DNA of 64,000 nucleotides, taken from assembly GCA_018268715.1 (NCBI GenBank), contig JAFDVZ010000034.1:18057-82056 (forward strand), in the 5' to 3' direction. The position numbers and the translations under genes were made by a program. The DNA comes from Acidobacteriota bacterium (GTDB lineage Bacteria > Acidobacteriota > Terriglobia > Bryobacterales > Bryobacteraceae). Shown one piece after another: positions 37,767-47,300 of this stretch. A model generated the notes under the pieces. It ran no database searches, was not told the origin of the DNA, and saw nothing but the letters and a program-made list of their open reading frames with translations. Every line of letters starts with the position of its first letter. Positions within the stretch are counted from its first letter, which is position 1.

Positions 37767-40493
37767 GTGTTCTCCAAAAAGAGACGGGAACTCGACGAAG
37801 AACTGCGGTGCTATTTCGACATGTCCGTCGAGGCCAAGATGCGCGGAGGCATGACGGCAGACGAAGCCAGACGCGTCACCCGAATGGAGATGGGAAGCAT
37901 GGACTCGGTGAAAGAAGACGTTCGCGACTCCGCCTGGGAATCCGTGTTTGGCGACCTGTGGCAGGACCTTCGCCATGGTCTGCGCCAACTACGCCGCAGC
38001 CCCAGCTTCACTGCGATCGCGATTCTCACGCTGGCGCTTGGACTCGGCGCCAACACCGCGATCTTCACGCTGATTCACGGCGTCATGCTGAAGCAGCTTC
38101 CGGTGCAGGACCCGGGGAAACTGTATCGCATCGGCGCCGGTGAGAACTACTGTTGCCTTTGGCTTGGCTTGCAGGACAACTGGGGCACATTCTCCTACCC
38201 CTTTTACCGGCGCCTTGCCGATACGAACAAAGCATTCTCAAACATCGCGGCTTTCTCCGGCGCGAATCCTTCGCTGGGCGTCAGGCGCGCCGGTTCCACT
38301 GAACCGGCCAAGACACTCGCCGGCGAGTGGGTCTCCGCCAACTACTTTGCGACGTTCGGGTTGAACGCGGCGACCGGGCGTTTGTTTGTTCCAGCCGACG
38401 ACGCCACCACCGCGCCTCCCACCGTGGTGATGAGCCACCGTGCGTGGAAGCAGAAATACAACTCGGACTCCACAATCATCGGCTCGACTCTGATGGTGAA
38501 CGGGCGCGCGATGACGCTGATCGGCATAGCACCGGAAGGATTCGAAGGCGCACGCCTCACCCAGCGTCCGCCGGAACTCTGGATGTCACTGGGGCAGGAA
38601 CCGGGTTTTGCCGGGTCCGCACATAACTCCATGTTGCCCCAGCGGGAGGCGTCCTGGCTGTTCCTGATCGGGCGCATGAACCCGGGCTACTTGCCGGCCG
38701 CGGTTGAAGTGCAGATCACAAATGAGTTGCGGCAAACCCTGGCCGAATTCCGGACCAGCGATGAAGATCGCGAACGGCTGCCCAGACAACAGGTTCGGGT
38801 GATCCCCGGCGGCGCCGGCGTCTCTTCGCTGCGCTCGGACTCCGAATCCGGACTGCAATTCCTGGCGATCGCGGCCGGCCTGGTGCTCCTTATCGCCTGC
38901 GCCAATCTCTCCAACCTCCTGCTTGCCCGGGGCGTCGCGCGCCGTCAACAGATGGCTCTGCGCCTCTCACTCGGAGCCACCCGCTTCCGGCTGATGCGCG
39001 GCGTTTTCGCCGAAAGCCTGCTGCTCGCGATCTTCGGCGGCATCGGCGGCATCGCCGTCGCCTATGCAGGAACGGCGATGATTCTCTGGATTGCTTTTCG
39101 CGGGGATACCTTCATCCCGGTGAATGCGAGCCCTTCGATACCAGTGTTCGGCTTCGCCTTTGCGCTGGCGACGGTGGCAGGATTGGTCTTCGGTCTGTTT
39201 CCGGCATGGAAGAGCACGGATGCGGGAGTTGGGGAAGCGTTGCGCCGCGGGGGCCGGGGCACGACGGACTCATCCACCGGGCCGCAGCGCGCGCTCGTGA
39301 TCCTGCAGGCGGCGCTATCGATTGTGCTCCTGGCCCTGACGGGATTGGTCACGCAGAGCTTGCGGAATCTGGAAAAGACGGAATTAGGATTTGCTACACA
39401 AGGCCGGGTAATCGCCAACATCAGCCTTGACTCAGCGGGTTATCAACAAGCGGACCTCCCATCGTTTTATCCGCGGCTTGACGAGGCGCTGCGGGCCATC
39501 CCCGGTGTACAGACAGCCAGCTACTCGCTGCAGACACCGCAGCGTTCCTGTTGCATCAACCTTGGCGTTCAGATCGACGGGCGGACGGAAAAGTGGATCG
39601 GCGACACCAACGTCCTGTTCAATCGGGTCAGTCCGGAGTACTTCGAGACGATGGGTGTACGGGTGCTTCGCGGACGTCCGTTCTCACCCCGTGACACGCA
39701 GACGGCCGTACACGTCGCGATCGTCGATGAGTGGTTCGCGACCAAGTTCTGGGGCAGTATCGAAGAGGCAATGGGAAAGCGTTTCGGCGCGCCGGTTGAC
39801 GGCCACGCCCGTGACTACCAGGTCGTCGGCGTCGTGAACACGGTGAAGTACCGCAATCCATCGCTGGTGCAACACCCGATGTATTTTCTGCCGTTTACCC
39901 AGACCACGGATTACGTCCCCGAGGGTTACCGACGCCTGGAAGAGGGCACTCTACATCCGCAAGCAATTCAGCTGAAAGTCTCCGGGCCGCCGGAGCGGTT
40001 TGAGCCGCTGCTGCGCAATGCCCTTGCCCGCCTCAACCCCAATCTGCTTCCCATCGAACCCAGGTCCTACAGCGAACAGGTGGCGGTACAGTTCAATCGC
40101 GAACGGCTCGCCGCGCGGCTGACGGTGATCTTCAGCCTGCTCTCAGTGCTGCTTGCGTCAATCGGCCTATACGGCGTCACCGCCTACAACGTCACGCGGC
40201 GAACCAGTGAGATCGGGATACGAATGGCGCTCGGCGCGGACCGAGCCGGTGTCCTTCGGATGATCTTGAAAGGCGCACTCGTCAACGTCGGCATTGGCCT
40301 TTTGATCGGCGCCCCGATTGCGATCTTTGCTGGGCGGGCGCTCGCGTCCAAGCTCTACCAGATCGCGCCGTTCGACCCGCTATCGGTCGGCGGTGCGATT
40401 GCCGCGCTGTTGTTCTTCGCAACACTGGCGGGCGTCATCCCGGCGTTACACGCCGCGTCCATCGCTCCGATCGCTGCACTGCGAAACGAGTAA
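37767..40493 (+). CDS. ADOP-family duplicated MacB/FtsX-like ABC permease (second paralogue)
   Basis: 908 aa with a GTG start adjacent to the PadR stop. DLWQDLRHGLRQLRRSPSFTAIAILTLALGLGANTAIF, and second FtsX half YGVTAYNVTRRTSEIGIRMALGA. Confidence 0.9.
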   Translation: MFSKKRRELDEELRCYFDMSVEAKMRGGMTADEARRVTRMEMGSMDSVKEDVRDSAWESVFGDLWQDLRHGLRQLRRSPSFTAIAILTLALGLGANTAIFTLIHGVMLKQLPVQDPGKLYRIGAGENYCCLWLGLQDNWGTFSYPFYRRLADTNKAFSNIAAFSGANPSLGVRRAGSTEPAKTLAGEWVSANYFATFGLNAATGRLFVPADDATTAPPTVVMSHRAWKQKYNSDSTIIGSTLMVNGRAMTLIGIAPEGFEGARLTQRPPELWMSLGQEPGFAGSAHNSMLPQREASWLFLIGRMNPGYLPAAVEVQITNELRQTLAEFRTSDEDRERLPRQQVRVIPGGAGVSSLRSDSESGLQFLAIAAGLVLLIACANLSNLLLARGVARRQQMALRLSLGATRFRLMRGVFAESLLLAIFGGIGGIAVAYAGTAMILWIAFRGDTFIPVNASPSIPVFGFAFALATVAGLVFGLFPAWKSTDAGVGEALRRGGRGTTDSSTGPQRALVILQAALSIVLLALTGLVTQSLRNLEKTELGFATQGRVIANISLDSAGYQQADLPSFYPRLDEALRAIPGVQTASYSLQTPQRSCCINLGVQIDGRTEKWIGDTNVLFNRVSPEYFETMGVRVLRGRPFSPRDTQTAVHVAIVDEWFATKFWGSIEEAMGKRFGAPVDGHARDYQVVGVVNTVKYRNPSLVQHPMYFLPFTQTTDYVPEGYRRLEEGTLHPQAIQLKVSGPPERFEPLLRNALARLNPNLLPIEPRSYSEQVAVQFNRERLAARLTVIFSLLSVLLASIGLYGVTAYNVTRRTSEIGIRMALGADRAGVLRMILKGALVNVGIGLLIGAPIAIFAGRALASKLYQIAPFDPLSVGGAIAALLFFATLAGVIPALHAASIAPIAALRNE

Positions 40494-40498
40494 AGGGC

Positions 40499-40639
40499 AG
40501 GAACTGGCACGGTAGTGCTTCCGGTCTCAACCTTTCTCTGCATGATGGCGTGACTTCCGCGCTGTCGCACCTTCTGAAATCCATTGCGTTCCAAGATCCG
40601 GCAAACCCCTTCCCCCGAGAGCGGTCCGAGTTTAGGCAA
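40499..40639 (-). pseudogene. Truncated HicA-like toxin remnant
   Basis: The minus-strand frame reads LSGEGVCRILERNGFQKVRQRGSHAIMQRKVETGSTTVPVP, which matches the HicA/YcfA core (..GSH......G..TTVP.H). The conserved C-terminal ~15-20 aa are missing and the frame runs antisense into the ADOP gene. No hicB partner is present. Confidence 0.4.
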
Positions 40640-40667
40640 CCCTGACCTCGACTTAGGTGACACGGCG

Positions 40668-41153
40668 TTCAAGTACCGGCCCGGCGGCGGCTTCGGCCGG
40701 CTGGGCGTCAAGATGGCGGATTACATCCCTTACATGCGCGAGTTGCGGAGGGCCGTGGGACCCGACTTCGACCTGATTCAGGAGGCGAATAAATGATGGT
40801 CGATGGAGCAGTGCATGGAGGTGGCGCCGGTGATGGAGGAATTGAAGCACCTCTGGTTCGAGGAGCCCACGCGCAAGAAGATTGACAACTACGTCCGGCT
40901 CAGGAAACATCTGCCCACGGTGAAGATTTCCGGCGGCGAGACGATGCCGAACCGCGCTGCCTTGGCCGAATGGGTGGACCGCGGCACTTATAACATCGTG
41001 CAGCCCGGCTGCGACGACGCCGGCGTCACCGAGTGCTGGCACATGGCGCGGATGGCCGGCAGCCGAGGAAAGCTCATCAAGGAGGGGCTTGAGGAACTGT
41101 ATCCGCCGATTCCGGGCAACTGGAACATGCCTGACCCGAACTTTCCCGGGTGA
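40668..41153 (+). pseudogene. Enolase-superfamily (mandelate racemase/muconate lactonizing enzyme-like) gene fragment with an in-frame stop
   Basis: RELRRAVGPDFDLIQEANK-TGA-WSMEQCMEVAPVMEELKHLWFEEPT..KISGGETM..YNIVQPGCDDAGVTEC matches the MR_MLE C-terminal barrel region. An in-frame TGA sits at 40794-40796. The N-terminal capping domain and the distal C-terminus are absent. Confidence 0.6.
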
Positions 41154-41581
41154 CCAGCGGCCTGCTGGCGGCGGCCTCAGCACATCAACGAAGTCCGCCA
41201 GATCGTCATCAAGCGAACTCTGCTTGGACGACATCCCTATCCCTACTGATCCGGGCGACGCCGTGCGTGCAGGACAGCCGGGTAGCCTTCGCCGTCTGAA
41301 CGATGGGGATCGACACCGCCCGGCTTCGCAGTGTGACCGCCCGTGAGATCACTTCCTCCGCCGTGGGCGACGGCTTCGATCGGCGCTCCGGCAGACACCC
41401 GGCGCGCTGGACAGACGAGGACTTCAAGCGACGGCTTAAGAGCGAGGGAAGTCCTGGGCGCGATAGCATCAGCGCCACTCGCCGGTTGCTGGTTGCCATG
41501 CTGTTGAGCCGTGCTGGGCGGGCGCTTACGGACCAGGACGCTGCGACGTCACTCGATCTTGTTTGGAGAATGGTGGAAGCG

Positions 41582-41603
41582 CCAAGGGGGCCTGCCCCCT
41601 TGG
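41582..41603 (-). terminator. GC hairpin downstream of the TIR-FGE-like gene (possible terminator)
   Basis: CCAAGGGGGC-ct-GCCCCCTTGG, about 33 nt after the stop at 41636. No U-tract on either strand. Confidence 0.35.
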
Positions 41604-41635
41604 GAATCCCCCGTTAGGCGCAAAACGGTAAACGC

Positions 41636-42826
41636 TTAAGGCAATTCCCCGGCGCACCGGAACCCTATGTCGTCGCGCCGGACCGCTGGCCCGTACCAGC
41701 CACGGACCGAGACGCGGACGAACGTTGGACTGTGGCTCCAAGAGCCGCCCCGCAGAACTCGCGAATCTCCGGTCTGTGGGCCTTTCGGGTCCAGAGCCAC
41801 ATCCCGACTGTACGGTCCGTACCAATCCGCAACCCACTCCCACACGTTCCCGAGCGAGTCGTAGAGACCCCACGCATTCGCTTGCTTCCCTCGGACTGGC
41901 TGTCGCCGCCCGCCACTGTTGCTGTCGTACCAGGCCACCGCACTCAATTCTCCGTATCGAGGAGCAGCGCTCCCCGCCCTGGCGGCGTACTCCCATTCCG
42001 CTTCCGTGGGCAAACGCATACCCGCCCACTTGCAGTACTCCACCGCCTCATTCCAGGTCACATTCACCTGAGGCAAATCCGGGTTCGCTTCGGGCTCTTT
42101 CTTTTGGAACCGGGCGAAAGCACCGACTGTTACTGGCGTCTGACCCATCCAGAATCCACGGGGCAAGGTCACGCGATGCGCTGGCCTCTCATTAGCTCTC
42201 GCCTCGCGGTCGTTCTCCGAGGCGCCCATCATGAATTCGCCAGACGGGATCCACACGTACGTGAGCCCGTCGATCGGGTTCACCCGTGTGGCCCCTGGCG
42301 ACGGAGCGGACGGACGGTCCGCAGTTTCTACCAAAGGCGCGGATCCTTGGACGTTTGAGGAGTCGTCGAGAGGCTGGCCCTGCTGCTCCGGTCGAGGCTC
42401 TTCCGCGCCGGACTCCCGCGCCGGCGGCTTCACGGTCTGAGACAGCACCTCCCGGATGCTACCGACCAGGTGCGCGAAGCCCTCCGTCTCTCGAGCCCCC
42501 GCCCAGTCAGCGAGATCACAGGTCTGGAGCGAATCGAACGGGAGTTTCGGGACCACGCACTCCATTCGGGCGGGCACGAGGATGTTGCGGTTCAGCCCTC
42601 GGGTGGCTTCGGCGTACACCCAGTTACTGGCGGTGGAGTCGGCAGTCCAAACGACCAGGACACAGCGGGCGCCGTTCAATTCCCTCTCGATGACATCAAC
42701 GAATTGAACTCCGCCCCGTATCTTCGGGTCCCACCAGACAGAGAATCCTTCCTGAAGGAGCGCGGCTGCGAGTAGGCGCACTCGGTCCTTGTCCTTCTGC
42801 GAGTAACTCAGGAAGATGTCCGCCAT
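41636..42826 (-). CDS. TIR-domain protein fused to a cysteine-less FGE/SUMF1-like (formylglycine-generating-enzyme fold) domain
   Basis: From the ATG at 42826 (the track uses GTG 42844) the TIR hallmarks are MADIFLSYSQKDKD, FSVWWD and CVLVVWTADSTASNWVYAEA. A Pro/Glu/Gln-rich linker follows. The FGE-sulfatase-like C-terminus reads YVWIPSGEFMMG, NVTWNEAVEYCKWAG, RLPTEAEWEYAARAG, NAWGLYDSLGNVWEWVADWY and RVLRGGSWSHSPTFVRVSVRG. No signal peptide or TM. Confidence 0.85.
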   Translation of the reverse strand: MADIFLSYSQKDKDRVRLLAAALLQEGFSVWWDPKIRGGVQFVDVIERELNGARCVLVVWTADSTASNWVYAEATRGLNRNILVPARMECVVPKLPFDSLQTCDLADWAGARETEGFAHLVGSIREVLSQTVKPPARESGAEEPRPEQQGQPLDDSSNVQGSAPLVETADRPSAPSPGATRVNPIDGLTYVWIPSGEFMMGASENDREARANERPAHRVTLPRGFWMGQTPVTVGAFARFQKKEPEANPDLPQVNVTWNEAVEYCKWAGMRLPTEAEWEYAARAGSAAPRYGELSAVAWYDSNSGGRRQPVRGKQANAWGLYDSLGNVWEWVADWYGPYSRDVALDPKGPQTGDSRVLRGGSWSHSPTFVRVSVRGWYGPAVRRDDIGFRCAGELP

Positions 42827-42924
42827 GGGCCGGTGTCGCCTCACATTGTCCCATAGAGCGGGCGTTGTGATAGGCGCATCTTCGTGGCCTGTGGCTCCAA
42901 ACGGCCACCAGTATTCGGGCGATT

Positions 42925-44322
42925 CTACGCGCCGCCGCCGAGCACCTTGTAGAGAATCACCAGATTGCCGAGACGAGATAGCCGGATGCCCACCATGGCT
43001 TGCTGGGCGGCGTAGAGCGAACGCTGCGCCACCAGCACGCTCAGGTAGTTATCCACGCCGGCTTTGTAGCGCGCCTCAGTCAACCGATAAGTCTCACCCA
43101 AGGTGTTGACCAACGCCTGCTGCGCTGACTGCTGCTCAAGCAACCGGCCGCGCTGACTCAGCGCGTCGCTGACTTCGCGAAAGGCTACCTGGATGGCCTG
43201 CTCGTATTGCGCCACCGCGGCGTCGCGGTCGAGTTCCGCCACCTGGTAGTTCGTCTTGCGGATGCCGGAGTCGAAAATCGGGACGGTGATCTGCGGGGCG
43301 AATTGCCAGGTGAGCGCGCGCGGCGAAAATAGCTGCGATAACGCGCTGCTGGTGATTCCGCCGCCTCCCGTCAGCACGATGGTGGGGAAGAAGGCCGCCC
43401 GGGCCGCCGCGATGTTCGCGTAGGCCGCTTTCAACTGGTGCTCCGCGCTTACGATGTCCGGGCGGCGGAGAAGCACGCCGGAGGGTAGGCCGGCGGCTAC
43501 TTCCTTCAACGCCTCCGCCGGACCTAACTCGCGGGGTAACAGGCTCTCTGGCACAGGCGCGCCCACCAGAAGGGTCAGGGCGTTTTCATCCAATGTCAAC
43601 AGGCCCGTGAATCGCACGACGTCGACTTGCGCGGCTTCCACCTGGCTCTGAGACTGACTGACCTCCAGGTCGGACTTGAGTCCCTTGTCTCTAGTCTGGC
43701 GGACCAGATCGTAGGTCGCTTTCTGGGCGTCGAGCGTGGCCTGGGCCAGGCGCAGGTTGTCACGGTCGGCGCCCAGCGCGAGATAGGCCGTCGCTACTTC
43801 GCTGACCAGGGCGAGTTGGGTGGAGATTCGACCCTGTTCGGTGGCGAGATATTGCTCCAAGGCCTGTTGCTTCAGGCTGCGGATGCGGCCGAAGAGATCG
43901 GCTTCCCACGAGGAGACCTGCACGCCGATCTGCATGGTCTCGTAGGTGTAGGCCTTGTCGTTACTGGTCATGTCGCGGGGAATGCGGTAAGCGTCCCCGG
44001 TGGCGCCCGCGTTGACGGTCGGGAATTGACGGGCCCGCTGGATCCGAAACAGCGCTTGCGCCTTTTCGACGTTCAGGGCCGCCAGACGCAGGTTGCGATT
44101 GTTGTCGAGCGCCAGTTTCACCACCTGACGCAGACGGTCGTCCAGGAAGAAATCGGCCCACTTGAGATCGGCGGGCGAGGCGGCGCCGGCTGGCTCACTG
44201 GCTGGCAGGCCGGTGTTCCAGGTTTCCGGCACCGGGGGCGGCGGCGCTTTGTACGTCTGCTTCTGGGGCGCGCAGGCGGCCAGCAGCAGGGCGCAGGGGA
44301 CAAGAAGAACCTTACGGGTCAT
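42925..44322 (-). CDS. RND efflux outer-membrane factor lipoprotein (NodT/TolC family)
   Basis: 465 aa with lipobox LLLAACAPQ. Two OEP repeats and TolC-like coiled-coil heptads. Last gene of the MFP-RND-OMF operon. Confidence 0.9.
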   Translation of the reverse strand: MTRKVLLVPCALLLAACAPQKQTYKAPPPPVPETWNTGLPASEPAGAASPADLKWADFFLDDRLRQVVKLALDNNRNLRLAALNVEKAQALFRIQRARQFPTVNAGATGDAYRIPRDMTSNDKAYTYETMQIGVQVSSWEADLFGRIRSLKQQALEQYLATEQGRISTQLALVSEVATAYLALGADRDNLRLAQATLDAQKATYDLVRQTRDKGLKSDLEVSQSQSQVEAAQVDVVRFTGLLTLDENALTLLVGAPVPESLLPRELGPAEALKEVAAGLPSGVLLRRPDIVSAEHQLKAAYANIAAARAAFFPTIVLTGGGGITSSALSQLFSPRALTWQFAPQITVPIFDSGIRKTNYQVAELDRDAAVAQYEQAIQVAFREVSDALSQRGRLLEQQSAQQALVNTLGETYRLTEARYKAGVDNYLSVLVAQRSLYAAQQAMVGIRLSRLGNLVILYKVLGGGA

Positions 44323-44323
44323 G

Positions 44324-47300
44324 TCAGGCCACCTCCGGGGCTTCCGCCTTCTTACGCGAGAACATCTGCGAGATCAGGACGAAGAACATCGGGATGAAGA
44401 TCAGATCGATGAAGGTGGCCGACACCATGCCGCCGGTGACGGCCGTGCCTATGCCCTTCATGGCTCCGGCGCCCGCGCCATGGGCCAAGGCGAGCGGGAG
44501 GGTGCCGAAGAAGAACGCGAGCGACGTCATCATGACCGGGCGGAAACGGATGCGAACCGCGGCCAGGGTGGCCTTCACCAGAGGGTCGCCGTGACGCATC
44601 TGCTCCTGGATGAACTGGATGATCAGGATGGCGTTCTTGGTGGAAAGGCCCAGCGTGGTGAGGAAGCCGATTTGGAAATAGACGTCGTTCGGCATGTGCC
44701 GCAGGGTGGTGGCCAACAGCGCGCCGAGCACGCCGAGCGGCAGCATCAGCAGGTTGACGAAGGGGATGGTCCAGCTTTCGTACAGGGCCGCCACGCACAG
44801 GAAGATGACCAGGATCGAGAACGCGTAGAGGATGGGCCCCTGCGAGGTGGCCATGCGCTCCTGGTAGGAGATGGCGTTCCAATCGAGGCGGACGCCGCTG
44901 GGCAACTTGGCGACAATCTCCTCCATGGCCTGCATGGCTTCGCCGGAACTGCGGCCGGGCGCGGGCTCACCCTGAATGTTCATGGAGGGGAAGCCGTTGA
45001 AGCGTTCGAGACGCGGGGAGCCGGCCGTCCAGCGGGTGGACGCGATGGAGGAGAACGGAACCATCCGGCCCGCCTGGTTGCGGACGTAGAGCAGGTTCAG
45101 GTCCTCGGGCAGCATGCGATAGGGCGAGTCGTTCTGGAGAAAGACGCGCTTGACGCGGCCGCCCTTGACGAAGTCGTTCACATAGGCGGCGCCGAAGGAG
45201 GCGGAGATGGTGTCATGGACGCTCGAAAGCGACGCGCCGAGCGCCCCGGCCTTGTCCCAGTCGACGTCGACGCGAAACTGCGGCACATCTTCGAGGCCGT
45301 TGGGGCGGACTCGCACCAGGCGGGGGTCGCGGGCCGCCATACCCAATAGCTGGTTGCGGGCGGCGGTGAGGCCGGCGTGGCCCATGCCGGTGAAGTCGAC
45401 CAGTTCGGCGTCGAAGCCGGTGGCCATGCCGAGTTCGACGACGGCTGGCGGCGGAAAGGCGAAGACGGTGGCGTTACGGGTTTGGGCGAAGGCTCGCATG
45501 GCGCGGCCGGCCACCAGTTGCGCGGTGAGGTCCGGACGCTCGCGGAGCTTCCAATCCTTGAGGCGGACGAACACCATGCACTGGTTCTGCGCCTGGCCGC
45601 CCATGCCCATGCCGATGATGGACATGGTGGAGTTGACGGCGTCCTGCTCCTTGGTCTGGTAGTAATTCTGGACCTGGGCGGCGACGGCGCGGGTCTGTTC
45701 GAGGGTCGAGCCGGTGGGCAGCGAAATCATGGTGATCAGCGAGCCCTGGTCCTCATCCGGGAGGAAGCCGGTGTTGAGGTGCAGGAACAGGTAGCCGACG
45801 GCCCCGACGATGACGAGGTAGACCGCGACATAACGGAGTTTCTTCGCGATGGAATGGCCGACTATGCCGACGTAGCGGTCACGCACCCAGTCGAAGGTTT
45901 TCTCAAACCACCGCAGAAAGGGACGGAGGAAGAAGACGGCGTTTTCGCTGGTGGCGTGCCCGGCGGCCACCGGTTTCAGGAACTGGGCGCAGAGCACCGG
46001 GGTGAGGATCAGGGCGACCAGCACCGACAGCAGCATCGCCGCGATGATGGTGACCGAGAACTGACGGTAAATGACTCCGGTGGAGCCGGAAAAGAACGCC
46101 ATCGGGCCGAAGACGGCCGACAGAACCAGGGCGATGCCGATCAGGGCGCTGGTGATCTGGTCCATCGATTTGGCCGTGGCTTCGCGGGGAGAAAGGCCTT
46201 CCTCGCTCATGACGCGCTCGACGTTTTCGACGACGACGATGGCGTCGTCCACGAGCAGACCGATGGCCAGCACCATCGCAAACATGGTCAGCATGTTGAT
46301 GGAGTAACCGAAGGCGGCGAGAACGCCGAAGGTTCCCAACAGGACCACGGGCACCGCGATGGTGGGAATCAACGTAGCCCGGATGTTGCCCATGAAGAGC
46401 CACATGATGAGGAAGACGAGGACGATGGCTTCAAACAGCGTCTTCACCACCTCTTCAATGGCGACGGAGGTGAACGGCGTGGTGTCGACCGGGTAGACCA
46501 CCTTCATGCCGTGCGGAAAGTAGCGGCTCATCTGGTCGACGGCGGCGCGGATGTTCTTGGCCGTCTGCAGGGCGTTGGCGCCGGAGACCTGACGGATGGC
46601 CAGGGCCGCGGCGGGTTTGCCGTTGTAGTACGACTCCATGTCGTACATCTCCGTGCCCATCTCCGTGCGGGCTACGTCGCGGACGCGGACCACCGAACCG
46701 TCGGCGTTGGTGCGGAGCGGAATGGCGCCGAACTCTTCGGGCGTCTTCAAAAGATTCTGGACGATGATGGCGGCGTTGAGGCGCTGGCCGGGTTGGGCGG
46801 GGGCGCCGCCGAACTGTCCGGCCGAGACTTCGACGTTGTAGGACTTGATGGCGGCGATGACGTCCTCGACGGTCATCTGGTAGTCGGTGAGGCGGTCCGG
46901 ATTCATCCAGACGCGCATGGCGTACTGGCTGCCGAAGGTCTGGACCTCGCCTACGCCGGGAACGCGGGCCAGCACCTTTTCGAGGTTCGATGCGGCGTAG
47001 TCGCGGAGATCGGCGCCATCCATGCTTCCGTCGTCGGAGTAGAGGCCGATGATGATCAGGTAGTTGCGGGTGGACTTGGTGACGGTCAGACCGTAGCGCT
47101 GGACGGTTTCGGGCAGGCTGGCGGTGGCCTGCTGGAGTTTGTTCTGGACCTGGGCCCAGGCGAGGTCCGGGTCTGTGCCGGGGCGGAAGGTGAGTTCCAC
47201 GCGGGCGTTGCCCGAGGAGTCGCTGGTGGCCGACATGTACAGAAGATTGTCGAAGCCGGTCATCTTCTGTTCGATGATCTGAGTGACGGTGTTCTCCACC

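Noticed and set aside
40506-40520. Sigma54-like -24/-12 element CTGGCACGGTAGTGCTT just after ADOP-2, and a weaker TGGGAAGAACAACGCT at 17171-17186
   Set aside because: In the first, the GG-to-GC spacing is 9 nt rather than the canonical 10, and only pseudogene debris lies downstream. The second has correct spacing but poor -24/-12 identity and ends 3 nt before the MCP start codon.
40794-40796. In-frame TGA in the enolase-superfamily fragment as a selenocysteine or read-through codon
   Set aside because: The fragment lacks both its N-terminal domain and its distal C-terminus. The TGA falls at a position that is not a catalytic Cys in this family, and I see no SECIS-like hairpin immediately downstream. 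A pseudogene is the simpler explanation.
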